The translations under genes and the position numbers were made by a program. From Lytechinus pictus (Eukaryota), in the NCBI RefSeq assembly GCF_037042905.1, contig NC_087245.1, forward strand, positions 39,558,001-39,622,000: 64,000 nucleotides of DNA, written 5' to 3'. Under the pieces are notes generated by a model. The model saw only the letters and a program-made list of their open reading frames with translations. It was not told where the DNA came from and searched no databases. Positions within the stretch are counted from its first letter, which is position 1. Each line of letters opens with the position of its first letter. Of the stretch, positions 1-14,179 are shown one piece after another.

Positions 1-496
1 GATTTTCTAAATTTTCTGGAATATTTGTTTGTAGCAGATCTTGGGGCAACTTTATAAATGATTGACACCCGTAATGGCCATCACTGAATCTTTCATTTCA
101 TTTTCATATCTGTGTACTGAAAAAACAAACCAAATCAAAATGTTATAAAGTTCTGCCTTATTTTTGCTTGTTTGATTTTTCTATTTTCTTCAATCATTCC
201 AATCATTTTTTGTAGGGCATACTCCTCCTTTAATCATTTTTCCAATTGAAAACACAGGAACTGAGACACAGGGCTTAATCAAAAGTCCCATCGTTGTGCA
301 GATTCCCAACCCGACATAAATCCTTTCTAATGGAAAAAAAAACCCTGCCATTGACACTGACTCAATGCTACCCAATCAAACGGGATGCCTGCTGCTTCAG
401 AGCTTTAGGGGACATTCACTGTGGATAAGACAATTAATTAATCTCATCACACTGGATATCATACTGCATGCATTCAGGGAAGACACGGCACAGGAA

Positions 497-905
497 GGTG
501 AAATCTGGAAGGCCAAATCATATTTAAAAGGGATAATCAAATCTTCAGTGATAAATTGATTTATAGATTTATATTTCATTTGCAATATATCGATAATTTC
601 ATTACATTAGCTATGGTTATGCATCCATTATTATTATTTTTTTTTTTACATTTCTTTTTAATAGAAATCTGTTTATTAGATGAAATCTGGAAAGCCACAC
701 CACATCAAAGAGATAATGTAACATTTAAGTGATCAAAAATAGATTTTTTGGTTCATTTGCAAAAAAATCCACAATTTTTATCAAAATTAAAAAATAAGAC
801 TGTATAAGATGAAATCTTGCAGGCAAAACCACCTTACAGGAACAATCTAATCTTCAGTAAAAAATGATAATAGATTTTCACTATATTTGCAATATCATCT
901 TGATA
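497..905 (+). repeat. Three degenerate tandem units of about 130-180 bp
   Basis: TGAAATCT(G/T)G..GC..A recurs at about 499, 681 and 810, each followed by similar GATAAT..AATCTTCAGT..ATAGATTT..ATTTGCAA sequence. Confidence 0.65.
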
Positions 906-1930
906 AAGAAAATATGTTTTTCAAAGACAATAAATATGAAAGTGGACAAAACAGTGCAAGTCCTGTATAGTATATATTCCAAGGATGCAGAACAAATATG
1001 AATTATCAGAAATGGCTATCGAGCATGGAAAACGCAAATTTGCTCTTTTTTTTCATAATACAGGGATACTTCAACCACTTTGAAACAGAAATATCTGAAC
1101 ATGTAGGTCAGAGTGTCTATTAAGTGAATACAAACAGAGAAGAATTGAGTAGTTTACATTGAATTGGCCGACTGATAAACAAGGCATGGGGCACATATTC
1201 ATAAGCCACCGTATAACCATACAAAATGGACTTAAATGAAGATAAATTTGATATATCATGATTTCATGGTGGTTTAACTGTAATAGGCCAGGGTATCACC
1301 ATAAAGTAATTTCACAGTGAGAGCAATGGCTAAAGTGCCAATTATGTGGCTAATTCCTATACCCCATGTATGCAAAGTGCATGTTTGTTTCCACAAAGCA
1401 TTTTGCTGGTGAAACAAATAAACACACATGTATATGGAGTACAATATTGTAAAGATACACTGTTCGGGACTATTACTAATTAAGGGACCCTTCAATGTAA
1501 ACTCTATAGACTCCAAAAGTTCATGTCACTTTTCTAATTAATTACTACCAATACTACATGTATATAACATGAAAATAAATGCCCTATAAACAGTTATGAT
1601 GTGGTAGATGTATAAACATACGTTGTTACTATTTAAATTTGCAGCTTAAATGTTTGTAAATATGTGAAGTATAATGTCTTTAATATGTGAACGTATTGAA
1701 AAATAGAAAACCTCGTATTAAAATATTCCCTTAGAAAAAAACAAAATTGCTATTTCTCATGTGGATATTATCTACATGTTCTATTATAACATTTCAATTA
1801 GTGTTTTCAGAAACTTTTTATCTTTGATGAGCTTAAAATATTTAACTGAGCACTTGCTCCACGGGACAACTCTAAAAATATGAGATAGGATGAAGAAGAA
1901 TTACAAGATACTTTCAGTGAGTGAACAAAC

Positions 1931-2139
1931 CTGAATTCTGTTGTCGTGGCAAACGATTCTTGCTCTGTTATACTGAAGACACATAGAAATCCTTCCCCGG
2001 ATCTGAAGTAGTTGTCCCTTATTGCAGCGTAATCCTCCTGGCCCGCCGTGTCTAGAATATCTATTTGAACCTCCTCTCCGTCTACCGTGACTTTCTTGCG
2101 GTAACTGTCTGCTTTCGTTGGTTCGTAGTCCTCTACAAA
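1931..2139 (-). CDS. RAL: Ral small GTPase, second coding exon (209 nt; switch I/effector loop, DTAGQE/switch II)
   Basis: Translates as [69 protein letters not shown](R), with the Ral-diagnostic YEPTKADSY. Polypyrimidine tract plus CAG acceptor at 2142-2140 and GT donor at 1930-1929. In phase with the upstream exon. The ORF track shows only a different frame here. Confidence 0.97.
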
Positions 2140-3655
2140 CTGAGTGTGGTAAGGAAGAAAAAAGAAAGATGGTTACTACCAACTCTGATCTAGCTATCAA
2201 TCAAGATGTCTGTTTTCATGATTAATTAACATACATGTACTGGCGACATCATGCTCCCTTAATAATGTCTGTACTGAGATTTTTAAAAACTATTATCAAT
2301 AACAATATGAATATGATGATGATGATGAAGATAAGGATCATAATGAATTTTGGTGATGATGATTATGATGATTATTATGATGATGATAAAAGTCTGATAT
2401 TTTCTGATTTTACTTGAGATAAAAAAATCAAACGGTTGGGTTTCTGCATATATAACAGAGATCAATATCCCTGTATTTTAATTCACATATTATAAAGTGT
2501 ATAATGAAACTGGCAATGGAATACAGTCAGAGTAGTACCGGTACTAGTACTTATAGTCCCACAATAGCACTTGAGTGTATTTGACCATTTACATGTAGAA
2601 TGAATATAAAATGACATTTTTTATAATCCTACACTATCAGATATTAAAAATCAGATTAGTATTATCCATAATCAATGCCAAAGATGGAAGGCAGTACCAA
2701 CAGCATTACCAATATCATTCCATTACCACTTTTTGTAGGGTGTGTAATGTTTGACACAATAGCAGATTACATTACGATGGATCATCTCCTTGTAAAATGT
2801 ATACCCAATTAAAAATACGATTGATTTATTTAATTTTACCATGCAGTTGTCAATATTGGCAAGGTTACATACATGTACATGGGATGGAACAATTTAAAGA
2901 AGGGGGGGGGGGCAAATGAATTACGGGACTCTTTCTTATCCAACATCAAAATAGAGTGTGTGTGTGTGTGTGAGACTTCACACCAATTTCAACTTCAAGC
3001 CACCCTCTCAAGCAGCTACGGAAATCAATCGAGGGTCGAAGAGAGAGAGAGCTGACATCACGATCTTCAAGGAGGGGAAAACACTCGGCAAGAATTCACT
3101 TTGAAAGAAAGAAAAAACCCAGCTAAGATCATATTTCCATGTGAGGCTTTCAAGATTATTCGGTTCTCTTTAAAACGTCTTCATATACAGTCATGAAGAT
3201 TAAGACTTTTGAAGGTGTTGTTGGCGGAGCATCAAGAGATGCTGACGACAGTTTATATTTTACCATAAAAAGGTATCCAAACAATTACCGTTGATAAATG
3301 GTAGGTCACTTCAGAAGGTGAAGGAGGAAAATGCATTTCATAATTTCAAGATGTGTTCTTTTGCACCCCTTCCTCGGCTTTTTCTTCCCTTCCTCCAAAA
3401 TTTATCTATCCATTCTTGTTCCTCTCCATCTAGACCAAGGGCCCATAACACAAAGCTTAGCATAAACTAGAGCATTTTTTTATACAAATGATTGCATTGA
3501 CTACAATGTACAATTCAATCGTTAAAAATTAGTCGAAAAATTGATCGCTAACCTTTGTGTTACGATTACGATTGATCGAACAGCTCATTTTTTCTGATGA
3601 TTCACAGTAATCACTGCAATCAATGGTAGAAATCAACCAAATTATTAATAATTAA

Positions 3656-4127
3656 AGGGATAGTCCAGGCTGGAGATATTTATATCTCAATAAATAGAGT
3701 AAAATTCACAGAGAAAAATGCTGAAAATTTGATAAAAAGCGGATATCAAATAACAAAGTTATTGAATTTCAAAGATTTGCATTAATCCGGTGAAACAGTT
3801 CTAGGCATGTCTTCATGAATATTCATTACATGTAGGTGGGCTGATGATGTCATATCTCCACTTGTTCTTTTGTATTTTATTATATGAAATTCGGTTTATT
3901 CAAATTTTTCCCCATGTAATAACATAAGAAAACGGAAAGTGGGGATGTGACATCATCAGCCCACCTAATGAATATTCATGACGACTGTTTTCACAAAATA
4001 TTGCTTAACTTTAAACTTCAATAACTTTATTATTTGTGATCCGATTTTGATGAAATTTTTTGCATTTTGCTCAGTGAATTCTACTCCATGTATTAAGATA
4101 TAAATATTTTCAGCCCGGACCATCCCT
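3656..4127. mobile_element. Kolobok-like MITE (TTAA target, AGG termini)
   Basis: TTAA|AGGGATAGTCCAGGCTG ... CAGCCCGGACCATCCCT|TTAA with long imperfect TIRs including the AAAGTTAT/ATAACTTT motif. Confidence 0.85.
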
Positions 4128-4853
4128 TTAAAAGGCAAATTTGCCCTGGGTCGCCATTTTTTTTTTCCTGCTATGTCAAATTGGTTCTCCATCTTAAGAA
4201 AAAGATATTGTTTGCTTGCACTATCTTTATTTCTTGCAATGCTTTGCCGAATTGGACAATACCTCGAAAGGAGACTCTCATATCTAAAGTCAAAGACTTC
4301 ATGGTTTCTGGTAATGTTCAGAGGAAAATACTTCTGGTTGAAATGTATTTTGTTGAACCACAGAACTAGACTCAAGAGAGTTTGCCCATCTATTATTCAT
4401 TACCATTGATTATTCAGAGTCAGGTTTGCACAGTGCGTCTACATTTATGAACAGCGTGCATAATTTCGGAAGCTTTCAGACCATTACAGTACATTCAATT
4501 ATTATATCATCATTGATCATCGATCATACATTACTTGGTGATTCATCCATATTCATGGGAACTTCAGACGCTGCACTATCTTTGTCAAATAATCATGAAA
4601 ATCATCTTCCACAATCAGTGTCAATGACTGCTAAAGAATATATTACAATTCAGATTCAAGCAATAAAACAGACTCTTATTTCTTACATTCATTTACATGT
4701 AACTTTTAAATATTTGAATAATGAATTTCCAAAGTCATTTTGTTTTTCATAATGAATTGAGTTTTAATCGAAATCAATATTAACTCCCAGTATTGTGAAA
4801 CTCACAACGCAGTGATAGCCTATCTTTGTCACTCAATGAAAAGTGCCCTTTAA

Positions 4854-5448
4854 AGGAAAATGAAAGCTTTGGACCAAGATAGCTTGTGCGAAAACAGAAA
4901 AATCAAAGAAACAGATCATCAAAAGTTTGAGAAAAATTGAATAAATATTAAAGAAAGTTATGACCATTTGAAGTTTAGATCATTATTGCAATGTACAAGA
5001 TCCTCCAATTGGCAATGCGACAAAGATGTGTGATATCACATGTGAATAACTTTCCCATTACCTTTTGTATACATTCCACTTAAACTGCCTCTTTTATCAC
5101 ATCTATCAATAGATCATGTATTCTTTTTATAAGAGGGCATGTAATACAGATTTTCAAAGAATATATTATGGATAGAGTTTGAATCATAAGAAAGAGCAAA
5201 AAGAAATATTTTGAGGGCATTTTATAGTCCATCAAAGGGAAAGTTGTTCACATGGGATATCACAATTCTTTGTCGCATTGCAATGGGAGGAGGATCTCCA
5301 TAGCACATACAGTAGGTGATCGAAATATTCAAATTCTCATAACTTTCTCATTATTTGTCCCCGTTTTCTTTTAAAACTTCCTTTGATCTTATTCTTTGAT
5401 TTTTCTGTTTCCATACAAGCCCACTTGTTCCAAAGGTTTCATTTCACT
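4854..5448. mobile_element. Kolobok-like MITE
   Basis: TTAA|AGGAAAATGAAAGCTTTGGA ... TCCAAAGGTTTCATTTCACT|TTAA with long imperfect TIRs. Confidence 0.85.
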
Positions 5449-5698
5449 TTAAATGTTATCATCAGGACAACTATGTATTAACATCACTGGAACGTCTCAG
5501 GTGCATCTTCCGTTCAAAAGACAACTTTAACCCCCTGCAGCGGGTGAAGTGCTTCATAATCTTCCTGCGGGGTGAGATGAGTCATTATGGCTTTACATAA
5601 TCTAGCTGTGTACGTATCTCCACTCATTATGTCACCCTCACACCCCACGACAGAATGTTCACTGGAGTGTGAACAGAGGAAATATGATGGGTCAGAAG

Positions 5699-6135
5699 CG
5701 GGGGGGGGGGGGGGGGCAGTCAAATGTATTGCTGTACACATGCGTGACCAAATTATTTCCAAACACCCCCTAAACAAGTTTTTTTCTCTGAGTGCAAAAT
5801 AACCCCCTAAACAAGTTTTTCACGGGCGTTATGTACACAATTTGGCTCCTAAACAAGTTGTCGCCAGAATATGACCTCGGGGGAAAAAACATACCCTAAA
5901 CACGTTTGGCTAGTCTTAAAAAAAGAAAAGCTTTGGAAAAAATACATACCCTAACTACGTTTGACCCCGCGAATGACCATTGACCAGTCTCAAAACCATC
6001 CTTTTTCTTGAAAATCAGTGTTTTTGATACCCTTAAGAGTGCCTGCATCCAAAACTGAAAAAACACCCCTTTAAACATGTTTTTGGGGTCAGACATGTGA
6101 ACAGCAATATATTTGACTGCCCCCCCCCCCCCGGG
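5699..6135. mobile_element. Poly-G/poly-C TIR MITE, copy 1 (reverse orientation)
   Basis: G-run+CAGTCAAATGTATTGCTGTACAC ... GTGAACAGCAATATATTTGACTG+C-run+GGG; flanks TCAGAAG and TCAGAAA. Confidence 0.9.
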
Positions 6136-6324
6136 TCAGAAAGGTGGTAGAAGAAAGAAGGGGTGGGGTAAATGCAGATACATGTAAATGTATCTGAATA
6201 CAACCAAAATTTCACCATTTTAAATTGCACAATGAAAGGTACAAGTACAATATTTACCCCTGAAAAACAGAAAAGTTGGATATCTAGTAAGTACCCTTGT
6301 TTCAGGGTGATATGTAGGTCTACT

Positions 6325-6690
6325 GGTAAATTGCCAATTCATCTACTGCAAAGTCATCCTCTCACCACATGGTCTACTTTCATTTAGTCTAATGTCACTC
6401 CGTCCCTCAACATTTCGTCTAACAACCATTTGGTCCATTCGTCTATGACCATTTTGTCTCATAACCAGTTGGTCTAATGATCCAACTCATTTTCATTCAT
6501 TTTGCACAATAAACACTTACATGTAGTCCAATTAGACCAAATGGTATATGGACTAAATGGCTATTGGACCAACTAGTTATTAGACGAAATGGTGATTGAT
6601 TGGCAATTAGACCATGTGGATCGTGGACGAACTGATGGTAGACCAAATGATAGTAGACAAGTTAGCATTTGGACAAACTGGAAATAAACC
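6325..6690. mobile_element. MITE built of internal TTAGACCAAAT/TTAGACGAAAT-like repeats
   Basis: GGTAAATTGCCAATT ... AACTGGAAATAAACC with flanks GGTCTACT and GGTCTACC. A reverse-orientation homolog is split at 49450-49535 and 51622-51972. Confidence 0.75.
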
Positions 6691-7021
6691 GGTCTACCGA
6701 CTTTGGTTGAGAGGTTCAATGAACATGTAATTATTGTACAGTTGGAGATGGTTGTAATGACACCGTTTTCCTGTATGACCCATTTTTGTGATAAATGTAG
6801 TTTTGAACAAAATTGCAGCCAAACCTTTAAACAATTCATGAAATAATACCAATATCATCCCCAAGCTGTAATTAGCATCAAAAGTCTGTTTATGATAGTG
6901 AGCCAGTGAGGATATATTCAAAAAAATACCTTCAATTGTGATTGCTTGGCATCAGTGATTGTGAGAGATTACCCAATATCTTACAAATAAATGTCATGGC
7001 ATAGAGTGGGTTATCATTTAA

Positions 7022-7410
7022 AGATAAATGCCAGTTGTGATAACGATTTCAAAGTGAGTTCGTACAGAATCCAATGAAATGAGCACCAAAGTGTCTGTTT
7101 GTATAAATAAAAAATATGTGCCAAAGAATTCTGGAAGAAATTGTGTAATTGCTGAGAAATTAGCAAATAAGCACAGGATTCGGGTCAAGCGTTGGGCCGA
7201 CATTCAAAGCAATAATAATACACTGTCCCACGTGCGCTTATCTATGTTGGTGATCTTCAGTGTGAACATTTTTCAGCGTAGATTTCACAAAGTTCAGTTT
7301 ATGTAACTGTACCAGATCTATATCCTCGATGATATAGTGACAATTAAGCCTGGTGTTACAGACTTTTTCGTGAGTTCAGTGTTTAATGCAACTACTTTCA
7401 TTTACATGTA
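7022..7410. mobile_element. TTAA-target MITE (AGATAAAT family), degenerate right end
   Basis: Colinear with 21243-21636 over about 380 bp. Confidence 0.8.
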
Positions 7411-8249
7411 TTTTTAATTGTGAGTACCGTAATGAATACAATGGGAACTATGCAGAATATACCCACATGTGTGTACAAAAAAAAGTATAATTCTGCAACT
7501 CTGCATTCTCTTCAGGTGTAGCCCGGGTAGCAAAAAAAAAAGGGAAACCACATTTTAAACACAGCTACATCACATGTAAATTGTAGTTCACTCAATATCT
7601 AAATGATTATAATGAGAAACTACATGTAAACATCTTGAATCCGTACATATGCAATGACTGCACACGTAGGCGGATGATGCAAATATGATCAAATTGAATT
7701 CATGTTGTGAATATTTCATTCACTTTCACATCTGGTTGTGATCAATAATTACATTACTTCTCATTTCCTTCTTCAAACTCATATTCAAGATGCCTGTGCA
7801 GGCTTCAGGCTAGTATACTTGCATGCTCCATATCATAACTTTCAAGTCTGTGCTGATTGAGTTGTTGTTATGACAAAACACCAGTAATGCATGTACATTA
7901 AACGTACAAACAAATTAAATTGTTTGGTATCCACTTTCAATTTCAATTTGGTTTGAAACAACATTTTGATTACTTACTTTCCTTTTTGATTGGAAACTTT
8001 GTATTTTAATGCAAACAAAATTTTACTTTTTTTAATGGTTCATGATGACAGAAAATATCCTCCTTATGTGACAAGTATGAAATAATGTATCTGATGATAC
8101 ATGCACATATGTAAAAATGTATACTGTATTATACATACTGTATGTTAGCTCAGAGAACAATGTAAATCCATGCTAACAGTCCCCCTGTACAGAGATAACA
8201 TAAATACAATCCATCTCCATGTTTTTTTATGACATTCTCGCAGTTAGAA

Positions 8250-8490
8250 TAATAACAATTACTCTTATTTACCAAGGGTAGCCATTTCAACCATTAGCTA
8301 ATTTCCAAGGGGGCCCTCTATAACAGAATATTTGATTATTTACCCTTCTCCATTCGTTAAAGTCGAGCACTTGACAAGATGACGGAAGATCCCTTTTTTT
8401 CCAAGTCTTTGGTACCCTGTATGAATCTGACTGGGATTGAACCCACGACCTCCCGTTCATGAGGAAGGTGCCCTACTACTGAGCCACCAT
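8250..8490 (-). mobile_element. Decayed tRNA-derived SINE
   Basis: GGTGGCTCAGTAG A-box-like sequence, GGGTTCAATCCC B box, and a tail resembling GGCTACCCTTGGTAAATAA. Confidence 0.65.
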
Positions 8491-8500
8491 GCAAGGTTAA

Positions 8501-9093
8501 AGGTCAAGTCCACCCCAGAAATTTGTTGATTTGAATAAATAGAGAAAAATCAAACTAGCATAATGCTGAAAATTTGATCAAAATCGGATGTAAAATAAGA
8601 AAGTTATGACATTTTAAAGTTTCAATTAATTTCACAAAACAGTTATACACACATCCTGGTTGATATGCAAATGAGGAGACTGATGATGTCATCCACTCAC
8701 TATTCCTTTTTATTTTATCATATGGAATATTCTAATTTTCTCCTCATTGTCAAGTGAAACAACGATTAATTCCTCCCTGAACATTTGGAATTAGCATTGT
8801 TTAATATTATATGGTTCAGTCAAGTTGGTCTTTATTGTCATATCTGTAAAAATGAAATACTGTACAATCTGAACAATAAAAAAAAAAGGAATAGTGAGTG
8901 AGGGACATCATCGGCTGTCTCATTTGCATGTCACTGAGTTGTGCATATCACTGTTTTGTGAAAAATAAGCGAATCTTTAAAATGTCATAACTTTCTTATT
9001 TTATATCCGATTTTGATGAAATTTTCAGCATTATGCTCATTTGATTTTTCTCTATCTATTCAAATCAATATTTTTCTGGGGTGGACTTGACCT
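8501..9093. mobile_element. Kolobok-like MITE, family AGGTCAAGTCCACCCC, copy 1
   Basis: TTAA|AGGTCAAGTCCACCCCAGAAA ... TTTCTGGGGTGGACTTGACCT|GTAA with TIRs over 100 bp. Homologous to the copies at 26722 and 31122. Confidence 0.9.
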
Positions 9094-9158
9094 GTAAATT
9101 TAATCTTCCCAAGTTCTGTTCAGACAAAGAAGCTCCCTAGTACGCGCGAGATTCTTAC

Positions 9159-9263
9159 CTCATCGTACATGAACTGTAGGGTGAGCGCTGATTTGCCAAC
9201 GCCTCCGCTCCCCACCATGATGACCTTGTGTAGAGGGAGCTGCTGGCTCTTTGGTTTCGACAT
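9159..9263 (-). CDS. RAL: Ral small GTPase, first coding exon (whole exon 9333-9159, including 70 nt upstream of the ATG)
   Basis: [35 protein letters not shown] contains the P-loop GSGGVGKS. Acceptor tttcag|G at 9334 and donor GAG|gtaaga at 9158. The phase-0 join gives MYDE|FVEDY. Remaining exons lie left of the window. Confidence 0.97.
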
Positions 9264-10494
9264 CTTGACCTCCGTTGGCTCCTGCTGAATGGGGTTTTGA
9301 TCCTCCTCCGCAGCAGAATTGCTCCACCCCTTCCTGAAACGACAAAACAGAAGAGACTCGATCAAATGGATTGATTGCCATGATTGTACGAATTTGAGTT
9401 TACCCACGTTCCCATGTCTTCCGACAAGTGTAGGAGAAATGATATGTATTTGTAGACTGAATACATGTAATGCAACAAAATGGTTTCCTCACTCTTATCT
9501 TAAATGTTGGAGAGGAATAAGCTGATAGAACTTTCCTAGAAATATGGGCCTCTATCAGTGTCTTACCCAAAGAATTGTGAAACTACATGTATCATTGAAC
9601 ATGTAGCCTGAATAGATGGAAGACAATGTGGACAGGCCTCAGTCGGGCTTCGCCTGAGTTTCATTCAAACTCATTCTTTTATTTGGTAGAATGGCAACAT
9701 GCTTTTCTATATCACATGATCATCATGAGATGAAACATAGCCGCAGTTTGCCACACAGACACAACCGAAGTTCCTACATGGATTCAGGCAGTCGTCTTTA
9801 ATGGGAAATCAAATCACATTGAGACTGCTTTGATATACACTTAACACCTGAGTGGAAGAAATTTTGATTGAATACATTCAATGCCATGAAGGCTATAAAG
9901 CCTACAGCCTCCGCATTCTTAACTAAGTGAGACATTATTTGTGTAGACTTCTATTATTACATCTAAGTATGTCAATATGACAGACATGAGCAAAGAAAAG
10001 TCATAACCCTCGTTATTTTATACAGCTCGCCAACAAAACACATCCATTCCAATGAGCTGACGGGCATAAAATCACAAAAAAAAGTGTACAAGATTACACT
10101 TTTATACACTGGTAAAACTGAGCATCAAATCAACCTACTAGAAATAATGACCAATATTACTGGTATTCATGATGGTTATTTTGCCTGACTGCCAAAGAAC
10201 GCATGAATCAAATTTGCAAGAATGGTTTATAGCTACTGAAATAATTCAATTTCAATTGATTTTTTAATAGAGATTGTGCACCTATTATATACAACAAGTC
10301 TTCACAAAGGACCCAGATGGTAACTACTACAAGCTAGTCAATTTGAGGAGTTGTATACACGGAGAGTACCATTTGGTGGACCCACGGTAGAATTCATGGA
10401 CACCTTTAAGCACAACTTGAACAACATATTTTCTGTCTATCACAGAATGTTGAGAATGTAAACAGAAAGAATGGATCAGTCTATCAGGGCTTAA

Positions 10495-11089
10495 AGGGGA
10501 ATCCAACCCAAATAAAAACTTGTTTTTATAAGAAAAAGAAAAATCAGACAAGTTGATAGGTGAAAGTTTGAACAATATTGGACAATCAGCAAGAAAGTTA
10601 TGAATTTTTAAAAGTTGTAAATATTGGTAATCACTATACCCATGGAGACTTCAAATTGGCCTCATATGGGATGTCATAGTGATGTAAGGCAAGGACTACT
10701 CTTCCATGTACTCCAATACATATTATGGCTAAAATGTCATTTTTTCCAAAGGTTTTATTTCAAGTTATATTTTTCTTTCATGAGGACATAAAACAATATA
10801 CTACCTGGATTATATTTAGATTACTGCCCCAGGGGAATGGGTACTTAGGAGAAAACCACAAATCCATGATAATAAAGTACATGGCCTATGGGAAAGTTGT
10901 CCTTGCCCCTTGTCATAATTTACTTACCCAGTTGCCAATTTGAAATCTACATACTATTAGTGATCTCAATTTTAAAGCAGCTATAACTTTCTTATTGCTT
11001 GTCCGATTTCTTTCAAACTTTCACCATTCTGTTTAAATTATTTTTCTCCTTCCCAACACAACATTTTATGGCCAAGGCTGGATTCCCCT
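10495..11089. mobile_element. Kolobok-like MITE
   Basis: TTAA|AGGGGAATCCA ... TGGATTCCCCT|TTAA with subterminal AAGAAAGTTAT/ATAACTTTCTT. Confidence 0.85.
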
Positions 11090-13791
11090 TTAACAACAGG
11101 CCATCATCATGCACCTTGCATCTCTTACGGCCGCTCAGGAAAAAAAAATAGATAGACTGTACCTTCGACGTAACGTCCCTAGTTTTACTGGTCGATGTCT
11201 GAAATTTTGTTACTGACATTCAAACCCTGTGCGTAGCCCAAACTTATGAAGCTACATGTAGACACAACCTCAAAAGTAAATCCCTAATCGTTCGTCTACT
11301 TTGCAAAATAAAACTAAACTTACAATATGAAATAGTCCAGGCTAGAGATGACATGATCTTGTTTTTCAATATATTATATTATACAATGTTTTTTTGATGA
11401 ATTCTTGTCAATTCACTAGATCTCAGTTTGATTCACTGCCAAATTATCGTCAATGTCAAATATTGAGAACATACTGTATTACACAATTCAGAGCATAACT
11501 TGATGCTGTCAACTGTTACAAAAAGTCTGCTAGCAATACTAAAACTAGCTTTCCGCCCTGTTTTTCTTTTATCCATCTTCAATAAACCAACTTAGAGTCT
11601 GCACATGGAGACTATTTCCCAGCTGCCTCCGCTATCACTGGATATAGCTGGGCTTCTTGCGATCTGCAGTAGATGTGGACGTGTCAGGGCATCCCAATAG
11701 CATTCCAGCAGTCTGACGTGATCACCACACAGCAAGATGGCTCATGGATTACCAGTTTCTAACAACAGACTAGTCTTTGATTGCAGTCTCAATGAGCAAG
11801 TTCATAGGTATCTACAGATCTTTGTATTCAAATCAATGAATAGTTTACAGTTGAAAGCAGATGTACTACTATGGCACTTTGGGTGCTCTTGCTGGAATGC
11901 TCCACAGGGAGTGAGGAAAGTGCATATATTTTTAAGTGGGCAAGCAAGAATCCAATAACAAGAGTAATGTGCTGAGAGATGCCCGTTTCTGATGTACACG
12001 TAGACCTACATGGAAGCAGAATACCATATCATTCCCATGCGATGCTAAAATTATCAATGCGAACTGCTACTTTATACACAGCCCCTCCCCTCAACAATTT
12101 TACATCTCACAAAATGCATGAGCAGAAACATTCACCATCTAAATTTGTAAGGAAGATATCTTATTAGAGTACCGGTACTTTTAAACTAATGTAGCAAACA
12201 TTGCAAAGTGAACTATACATACAATATACTTCTTTCTGTTCAAATGCATTTTTTACTCTTTTTTTTAAACAATTCAAATGTTTGAGAATGATTTCCCTCA
12301 ATAATTTTGCAGCTTTTCAAACACCTATCCGAGATATGTACCCCCGATTCACACACACACACAATCAATCTTTCGTCTTTGATTTATTGCCAATTAAAGG
12401 ATTATAAAACAATCAATTTACAATAACACAAAATTCAAAACATCAAATTTAATGAACATTTTTTTCTTGTCTACATTTATGTGAAACAATTATAAGGAAT
12501 CTTAGGACTTCACACTACTTATTGTGAAAACAAAGTAGCTAGTTTCACTCACTCCATCTTATCTCGTTTGTTACCGTGTATCAACTACATACGTGTTTTT
12601 TTTTGAAAGATCAACATTGCCTTTTCTCAAATTCAAGTTATGTGCAACCTATACCCTTTCAGCTATTTACTTGCTATCACTACAAACAAGGGGGTCTGGA
12701 ATGAAAGCCTACAACCCTCTAAAAGGGGGCTCAATCGATATGAAATCAAGAGGGATGGATGGTATAATGATCCCCGCACATTGATTTTTTAGCATGCATT
12801 ACCACTATGAGAAAATGAGAGATGACAGGACTGGCACGGAAATGAGGGATCCAGAACAACAACAACAACGGGCCTAACGATGAAGGACGGATAGAGTTCT
12901 TTAGCATGGAGACAAAATTCTTAAATATAAAACAGATTGAAGACCTGCGTGAATTACCAAGAATTGTACACAAAGCACATACGATACAGGGTTGGCTTGA
13001 CTGGGAAATACTGGTGGGTGAATAACATCAAAGACCACCTCAATAATTTTGAAGGAAAATGGGAAATAGTTGGAAACGCAGGAAAATACTACAAAATATA
13101 CTTCTTGAATACTTTCAGTTCAGGCACTGCCTGATGTTTTTGAGCATATTCTTGCATTGCACTGTACCTCCCTGTACATCTAATACTTCCTCGGATTTAC
13201 AAGTTTTTCCCCAGTATTTCCCATGCACCTGGGTGGGAAAAACCTAAATTTCCCGGGAAATTTACAAGTTATTACAACTTTGATATAACCTTATTCTCCA
13301 TGCTTAACAGTATTCTCTATACTCCATGTTTTATGGTAAATCTAGATGGAATGATACTCATACTTGATTATTTCATATTGATTCTAATTTTGTTATTTCT
13401 TGGTCTTCACAGCATCATATGACCAAACGTACTAATAAAAGTTAGATGACATATTAGATGATTTATTTCTATTTTCAATCTGGTAGGCAGGTTCAAATTC
13501 AAAATTCAATTCAAAATGATTTTATTTTCCAAATCTTTAAAACATACATAATGTATATAGGGGAAAAAAATCTATAATGGCTAAAATTCATTGATGAGAA
13601 AAAAAAGGAAACAAACAAAAAGCAGAGCTTGTAAATAATGCTGTTCCCTTTTCTTTAGAATTTTGTAGGTTACCCCCCAACTTTTGGATGATTTCCTTAA
13701 TACTGAACCTTAATGGCTGAGATTCAAACCTATAGAAGGTAAGTTTTAGAAGCAACTGACCACGTTAAAGTTCAGAATATGAATCTAGCTA

Positions 13792-14179
13792 CCCAGGGGG
13801 GGGGGGGCAGTCAAATATATTGCTGTGCACACGCGTGACAAAAAAAATGTGTTTAAAGGGGTGTGTTTTCAGTTTTGTACGCGGGCCGCGCGTGCACTTG
13901 TTAAGGGTATCAAAAACATTGATTTAAAAAAAGGGGGTAGTTTTGAAAGACTGGTCGATGGTCAATTGCAGGGTCAAACGTATAGGGTGTGTTTTTTCCC
14001 CGGGGTCATATCTGGTGACAACTTGTTTCGGCGCCAAAATGTGTAAATAAAGCCCGCGAAAAACTTGTTTATGGGGTTATTTTGCATACAGAAAAAAAAC
14101 TTGTTTAGGGGATGTTTGGAAATAATTTGGCCACCCGTGTGTACAGCAATACATTTGACTGCCCCCCCCCCCCCCCGGG
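13792..14179. mobile_element. Poly-G/poly-C TIR MITE, copy 2
   Basis: Same TIRs; 7-bp direct repeat CTAGCTA on both sides. Confidence 0.9.

Noticed and set aside
1..1900. Next Ral exon (expected EQILRVK...NKxD)
   Set aside because: Not found by eye; presumably it lies beyond the left edge of the window.
1901..2200. 99-aa ORF from the track
   Set aside because: Wrong frame; the real coding frame is the Ral exon at 2139-1931.
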